Below, piece by piece: positions 59,970 through 64,000 of a stretch of DNA of 64,000 bases. This stretch comes from Syntrophorhabdaceae bacterium. Lineage in GTDB: Bacteria > Desulfobacterota > Syntrophorhabdia > Syntrophorhabdales > Syntrophorhabdaceae. The DNA lies in NCBI GenBank assembly GCA_963665295.1, contig OY762209.1:3680001-3744000 (forward strand), written 5' to 3'. How positions within the stretch are numbered: the first letter of the stretch is position 1; every line of letters begins with the position of its first letter. The position numbers and the translations under genes were made by a program. The notes under the pieces are model-generated. The model was not told the origin of the DNA. It did not search any database and saw only the letters and a program-made list of their open reading frames with translations.

Positions 59970-60106
59970 CCCTATTTTCATTCAAGCCGATTCCTATTAG
60001 CCTTTCTGTAACGGCCACTTAAGGCGGCACTCCCCCGCGCCGCTGTGAGAAGAAAGAGCAATAGACGTAAACAAAACAGACCTACGAAACGGAGGTAAAG
60101 GATACG

Positions 60107-61714
60107 ATGAAAGAATACCACGAAAGAGTAAGATCGATCACGGAAAAGGCAAACCACCTTCGGGATGCCCTGTTGGTCCCCGTGGTCGATCAGGCTACCG
60201 GGCGGTTTATCACTGATCACAGAGTAAGGGCGGAGCGGCTGGAAGGCGCGACCAAAGGAAGTATTTTTGAGGGCCTTGGCAAAGGGGCCGCCATGATTCA
60301 GGCAACATGGTCGAATGCGTTGCGGCAGTATTGCAACCAGCGCGGATATATGCCCTCCGAGGAGATGCTCGCCAGTGCGCATCAGGCGCTTATTAACGCC
60401 ATAACGGCAACCGCAACCGGCCGGCAGGAAGTCGGCGGTATGGTTCTTGAGGCAGCCAACATTTCCACGACAGAGGGTATTCTCATGAGGGACCGCATGG
60501 TGGCGCTTATTCTGCCCGTCATGCTACTGTCAGTCACCGGGAACATTGTATCATATATTCCCGGGACCTTTAACCAGAGCGAGATTTTCAAGATATGGAG
60601 AGTGGCCGCCAGTACTTTCGGTGACCTGCACGCGAATGATCGTATCACCCACAACTTCGCCGGTCAGTACTCGAGCATGGATCAGCGATTCCTGACGGGT
60701 ACCGGAAATGGAACCAAGACAGGATCATCGAATGAGTTCGACCTCAATTCCAACTCAAAATGGGGGAGCGTCCGGCCTTTCAAGAAGAAGTCGATCAAGA
60801 TCATTCATGACCGCAATGTCGTGGCGGTAGACGATGGGGCCGCAGCGCTGCACGGGACTTTTGTTGTCGGAGGGACGACCATTACCGTGACGGGCACGGT
60901 CAACTATGCCAGCGGTATCGTTCACCCCGTGTTTTCGACGGCGCCCGCTACCGGGATCGAGGTGCATGTTGGTATCGATATCGATATCGAGAAAGACCCG
61001 ACGCTCATTCCCGCCGTGAACCACGAAATGGACTCGAAGACGCTTTATCCGCACGAGGCGGCAATTGAAGCCAGCACAACTCTCCAGTCTCTCTGGGGCT
61101 TAAGGCGAGAGTTCAATCTGAACGCCGACAGCATGGCCATGCTCGCCATGAGAAACCTTCTGAGTGCGGATAAGGACCGCAAGCACCTCGCCGACATGTA
61201 TTTCTATATGAAGGGGCAGAAGTCCTGGAATATGCACGTGCCGGCCAGCACATATTTCCAGGAGCATTACGAAACCGTTAAACAGACGCTTCTGGAAATA
61301 GACGCGACACTCATGTCTCAGACGGGAACGTCCGGACTTATCGGCCTTGTGGCGGATTCCAAGACAGCCGTCCTGTTCAAGAGCATGAAGGAGCCGAACT
61401 TCGTTGCAGCTCCGGGGTACGTAAGAATCCCTCAGCCTCACTATGTCGGTCGCCTCTTCGGCATGTGGGACCTCTATGAGGATCCGCAGCGGTCCACGGA
61501 CTACAGCACCCTCTGCTATGCGAAGGGGAAGAACATCGGGGAAGCCGGTTATATTGCTGGAGATGCCATCCCTGCTATGGCCTTCAAGCACGCCATGCAG
61601 AGTGACCTGAAATATGAAAACACCCTTTGGGAGTTAGCCTATCGTGACCTGAACCCGTTCGACGGTCGAGAGTATTTCATGGAACTGGCCATCACCGATG
61701 TAGCCGAGGGTTAA
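60107..61714 (+). CDS. major capsid protein (P1 gp23-like)
   Basis: 535 aa, MLEA processing-like site, GGAGG SD, P..VG.L.G....YEDP, AGYIAGDAIPA; upstream of the sheath gene. Confidence 0.8.
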   Translation: MKEYHERVRSITEKANHLRDALLVPVVDQATGRFITDHRVRAERLEGATKGSIFEGLGKGAAMIQATWSNALRQYCNQRGYMPSEEMLASAHQALINAITATATGRQEVGGMVLEAANISTTEGILMRDRMVALILPVMLLSVTGNIVSYIPGTFNQSEIFKIWRVAASTFGDLHANDRITHNFAGQYSSMDQRFLTGTGNGTKTGSSNEFDLNSNSKWGSVRPFKKKSIKIIHDRNVVAVDDGAAALHGTFVVGGTTITVTGTVNYASGIVHPVFSTAPATGIEVHVGIDIDIEKDPTLIPAVNHEMDSKTLYPHEAAIEASTTLQSLWGLRREFNLNADSMAMLAMRNLLSADKDRKHLADMYFYMKGQKSWNMHVPASTYFQEHYETVKQTLLEIDATLMSQTGTSGLIGLVADSKTAVLFKSMKEPNFVAAPGYVRIPQPHYVGRLFGMWDLYEDPQRSTDYSTLCYAKGKNIGEAGYIAGDAIPAMAFKHAMQSDLKYENTLWELAYRDLNPFDGREYFMELAITDVAEG

Positions 61715-61821
61715 GAAAGCCCGGGCAATCCGTCTGCGTAGCTGCTCGTCGGGCGGATTGCCTCTATTGCATTAGTCGCTCTCAAGCGAGCGCGGATTGA
61801 AACGATAGCAGGAGGCCAACT

Positions 61822-62220
61822 ATGAAGATCCAGTTCCAGAACAACAGCGTGTCGGGCGTCAACCGAAAGTACAGGGGTTTTGTCCTCGACTTGCCTGGCC
61901 ACTCTTCACAGGCCATCGACGTTCCTCCTCAGTACGTCAAGGATGTTCTTTCCTATCTCAAATACAGGCATCCCGCAGTTATCTGTACTCCAGTCGCGGA
62001 AAAGCTTGAGAGCTCGCCCAACGAGACCAATACTGTCGCTTCCGCTGTGCAAATAGAAGCCGCCGGCGAAGAAACAGGAGCGACCGATACCACCGCGGAG
62101 TCCGACGCAGTGACCGGGTCAGGTGAGGACGAGACAGACACCGAGGGGCAGGAAGAGAAGGTCCCGGCGGTCGATGCAGGGGCCGGAAAGAAAACCAAAA
62201 AGAGCGGAGGTAAGAAATGA
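61822..62220 (+). CDS. phage protein with acidic low-complexity tail
   Basis: AGGAGG SD; ATGA overlap with the sheath gene. Confidence 0.65.
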   Translation: MKIQFQNNSVSGVNRKYRGFVLDLPGHSSQAIDVPPQYVKDVLSYLKYRHPAVICTPVAEKLESSPNETNTVASAVQIEAAGEETGATDTTAESDAVTGSGEDETDTEGQEEKVPAVDAGAGKKTKKSGGKK

Positions 62221-64000
62221 AATCAGTGATCACGAATGCCGCCGAAATTACCGTTCTGCGGCTGATTGACAATACATATAAGACGGGCGGCGGTCCCGTT
62301 TCCGTTGGCGCCACAGTTGTTGTGGCCAGCAAGGGGCCTGTCGGAAAGGTAACCCAGGTGCGGGATGACAATTGGGAAGATATCTTCGGATCGCCTCTTT
62401 CCAGACGGTCAAGCTTCATGGAGGGGCTCAGACATCTCGCAGACGCAGCTAAAGAATGCAACTATGTGAACGTCGTTCGAGTTGTCAAAAGCGACGCGCG
62501 CTTCCCATCCCTGCTGGTGAAATTGATCAATTATCATGGCGCGTGGGTTTCGGGTCATGCATACGTGGCCGGAGATGTCGTTACTCTCGCCAACGTCAAG
62601 TATATCTGCATCCTGCCGCACACTGCATCAGAAGAAAATGACCCCCCGAATGTGACGAATTGGGCGGTGTTTACGAGCACCATGGAGGTGGGCAAGACGT
62701 CCACTGTAAATGGCCACCCATACGGAACGGCCCTCTCCCTGGGTAACGGGTACGTCATGGAGATTTGGCCCATTGACGGTGATCCGAGCGGCAATCGATC
62801 CTTCGAAATCATCGATGTCATCACCGAAAAAGGTGCCTGGGGTACTGGCACCGTCTACGAGGCCAACGATGTGATCACTGTCACGGGAGGAAAGCTCATC
62901 TGCACCACAGGGCATACCGCTTCAGGTGACGCTCCGACTCTGGCCGTCCCCGGGACCAACTGGAAGGCGTACAAGGGAGAATATGACCAGCGTTTCACCA
63001 TCAATATCTATGACAAGGATGAGAATGGCGATGAGTACACCCTCGAAACGTATTCCGTAGGTCTGAACCCCACGGACAAGGACGACATGGGCCGTCCCGC
63101 CTTCATCGAAACAGTCTTGGAGCAGAACAGTGACCGGTTCCGATGCAATATCGATGAGGACCTTACGTGGAATACTATCAAAGACAGCCTGAAATACGGC
63201 ATCAAGGCTTCGTTCATCGGCGGTACGAACGGGGGGGACCCTGAGACGGAGGATTGGATTAAAGCATGGGATCTGTTCAGGAACGAGACATTCGGCTGTG
63301 ACCTCATGTTCGCGGCGGGCGTCTATGATGAGGATGTCCTGTCGAACTGCATTGACATCGCCAGCGGGCGTCATTGCTCCTTTTTCTTCGATATCAACCC
63401 GAATTTGCAATCCGATCAGGCCATTGCCTGGCTAAAGGGGACGGGCCTCGAAAACAGACAGGCCGCTGTTTACTATTGCCCCTTTTCTGCCAAGGACCGC
63501 TGGTATGATGGAAAGACCGTCTGGGGAGCGTCCGGAGCGGCGGTTGCAGCATGCGCTATCGGAAATGCCAATATGAGCGGTGCCATTCCGGGAATTCACT
63601 ATGCCCCGGCAGGAATCAATCGAGGCAAACTGAACCGCACCAGTGTTACGCCACTATACCCCGAAGATATCATCAATCGGGATGATTTCTATGATGCCCG
63701 AATCAACCCCGTAGTGAGCGGTGACAGCGGCGGCGCCGTCATTGATGACGCTCTGACCATCCATTATAAACAGAACTACAGTCGCTTCGTTTGGGTCAAC
63801 AGAATTGCGAACTATATCGACCACCGGTTCGTGGAGGGAGCGGCTTACATGAAGTTCGAGCCGGACGGACTCACCAAACAGGGCCTCACCAAAATGACAA
63901 AGGAGATTCTTGATCAGCTTGTTACCTCGGGAGCTTTGGTTACACCGAGAGAATCGGAGGATGGCAAGAACCCTTATATCCTGACGGTTAGGCAGGAAGA
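62217..64000 (+). CDS. contractile tail sheath protein (P1 gp22-like) with two CBM5/12-like inserts; truncated, absent from ORF track
   Basis: own translation: MKSVITNAAE..KGPVGK..WEDIFGSP..VVRVV..HYAPAG.NRG..ARINPV..FEP; no stop before window end. Confidence 0.9.
   Translation, partial: MKSVITNAAEITVLRLIDNTYKTGGGPVSVGATVVVASKGPVGKVTQVRDDNWEDIFGSPLSRRSSFMEGLRHLADAAKECNYVNVVRVVKSDARFPSLLVKLINYHGAWVSGHAYVAGDVVTLANVKYICILPHTASEENDPPNVTNWAVFTSTMEVGKTSTVNGHPYGTALSLGNGYVMEIWPIDGDPSGNRSFEIIDVITEKGAWGTGTVYEANDVITVTGGKLICTTGHTASGDAPTLAVPGTNWKAYKGEYDQRFTINIYDKDENGDEYTLETYSVGLNPTDKDDMGRPAFIETVLEQNSDRFRCNIDEDLTWNTIKDSLKYGIKASFIGGTNGGDPETEDWIKAWDLFRNETFGCDLMFAAGVYDEDVLSNCIDIASGRHCSFFFDINPNLQSDQAIAWLKGTGLENRQAAVYYCPFSAKDRWYDGKTVWGASGAAVAACAIGNANMSGAIPGIHYAPAGINRGKLNRTSVTPLYPEDIINRDDFYDARINPVVSGDSGGAVIDDALTIHYKQNYSRFVWVNRIANYIDHRFVEGAAYMKFEPDGLTKQGLTKMTKEILDQLVTSGALVTPRESEDGKNPYILTVRQE

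Larger units (their letters stand above)
20040..64000. mobile_element. integrated prophage (contractile-tail, P1-like virion genes), continues beyond window
   Basis: att, integrase/Xis, repressor/cro, initiator, terminase, baseplate, capsid and sheath genes in a coherent order. Confidence 0.95.

Noticed and set aside
62409..63410. Short tracked ORFs over the last 1.8 kb
   Set aside because: Explained by the untracked plus-strand sheath ORF starting at 62217.
1..64000. Retron, DGR or group II intron
   Set aside because: No reverse transcriptase motifs and no template/variable repeat pair seen in the window.

Overview
The window has two parts. Bases 1 to ~20,000 are chromosomal or island-type bacterial genes. 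They include an M16 peptidase, a MarR unit with a frameshifted TauE gene, an RND efflux pump, DUF134-NifX/Mrp, a YtkA-porin-ABC-NosL operon and an ArsR/ArsP thiol-redox cluster. The gene set suggests an anaerobic deltaproteobacterium-like host (inference). At 20,040-20,085 lies the 3' half of a tRNA-Thr(CGT), an att site. From there to the window end is the left ~44 kb of an integrated prophage. It contains: a tyrosine integrase and Xis; a leftward early operon (two ASCH paralogs, Gp37Gp68, radical SAM, N4/N6 and dual-frame C5 methyltransferases, Gp3-like protein, SbcCD); a lambda-like OL/OR control region; an O-like initiator with an HNH domain inside its iterons; terminase; and a virion module that resembles phage P1 in sequence and order. 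The best candidate for a new system is the pair of genes directly behind the repressor, in the position of lambda rexAB. One is a diverged full-length paralog of the phage's own neck/tail protein (56646-57467) fused to an HTH, a possible assembly decoy. The other is a lipoprotein with an Ivy-like lysozyme-inhibitor motif, a possible entry block. All family names come from recognising motifs by eye; no database searches were run.
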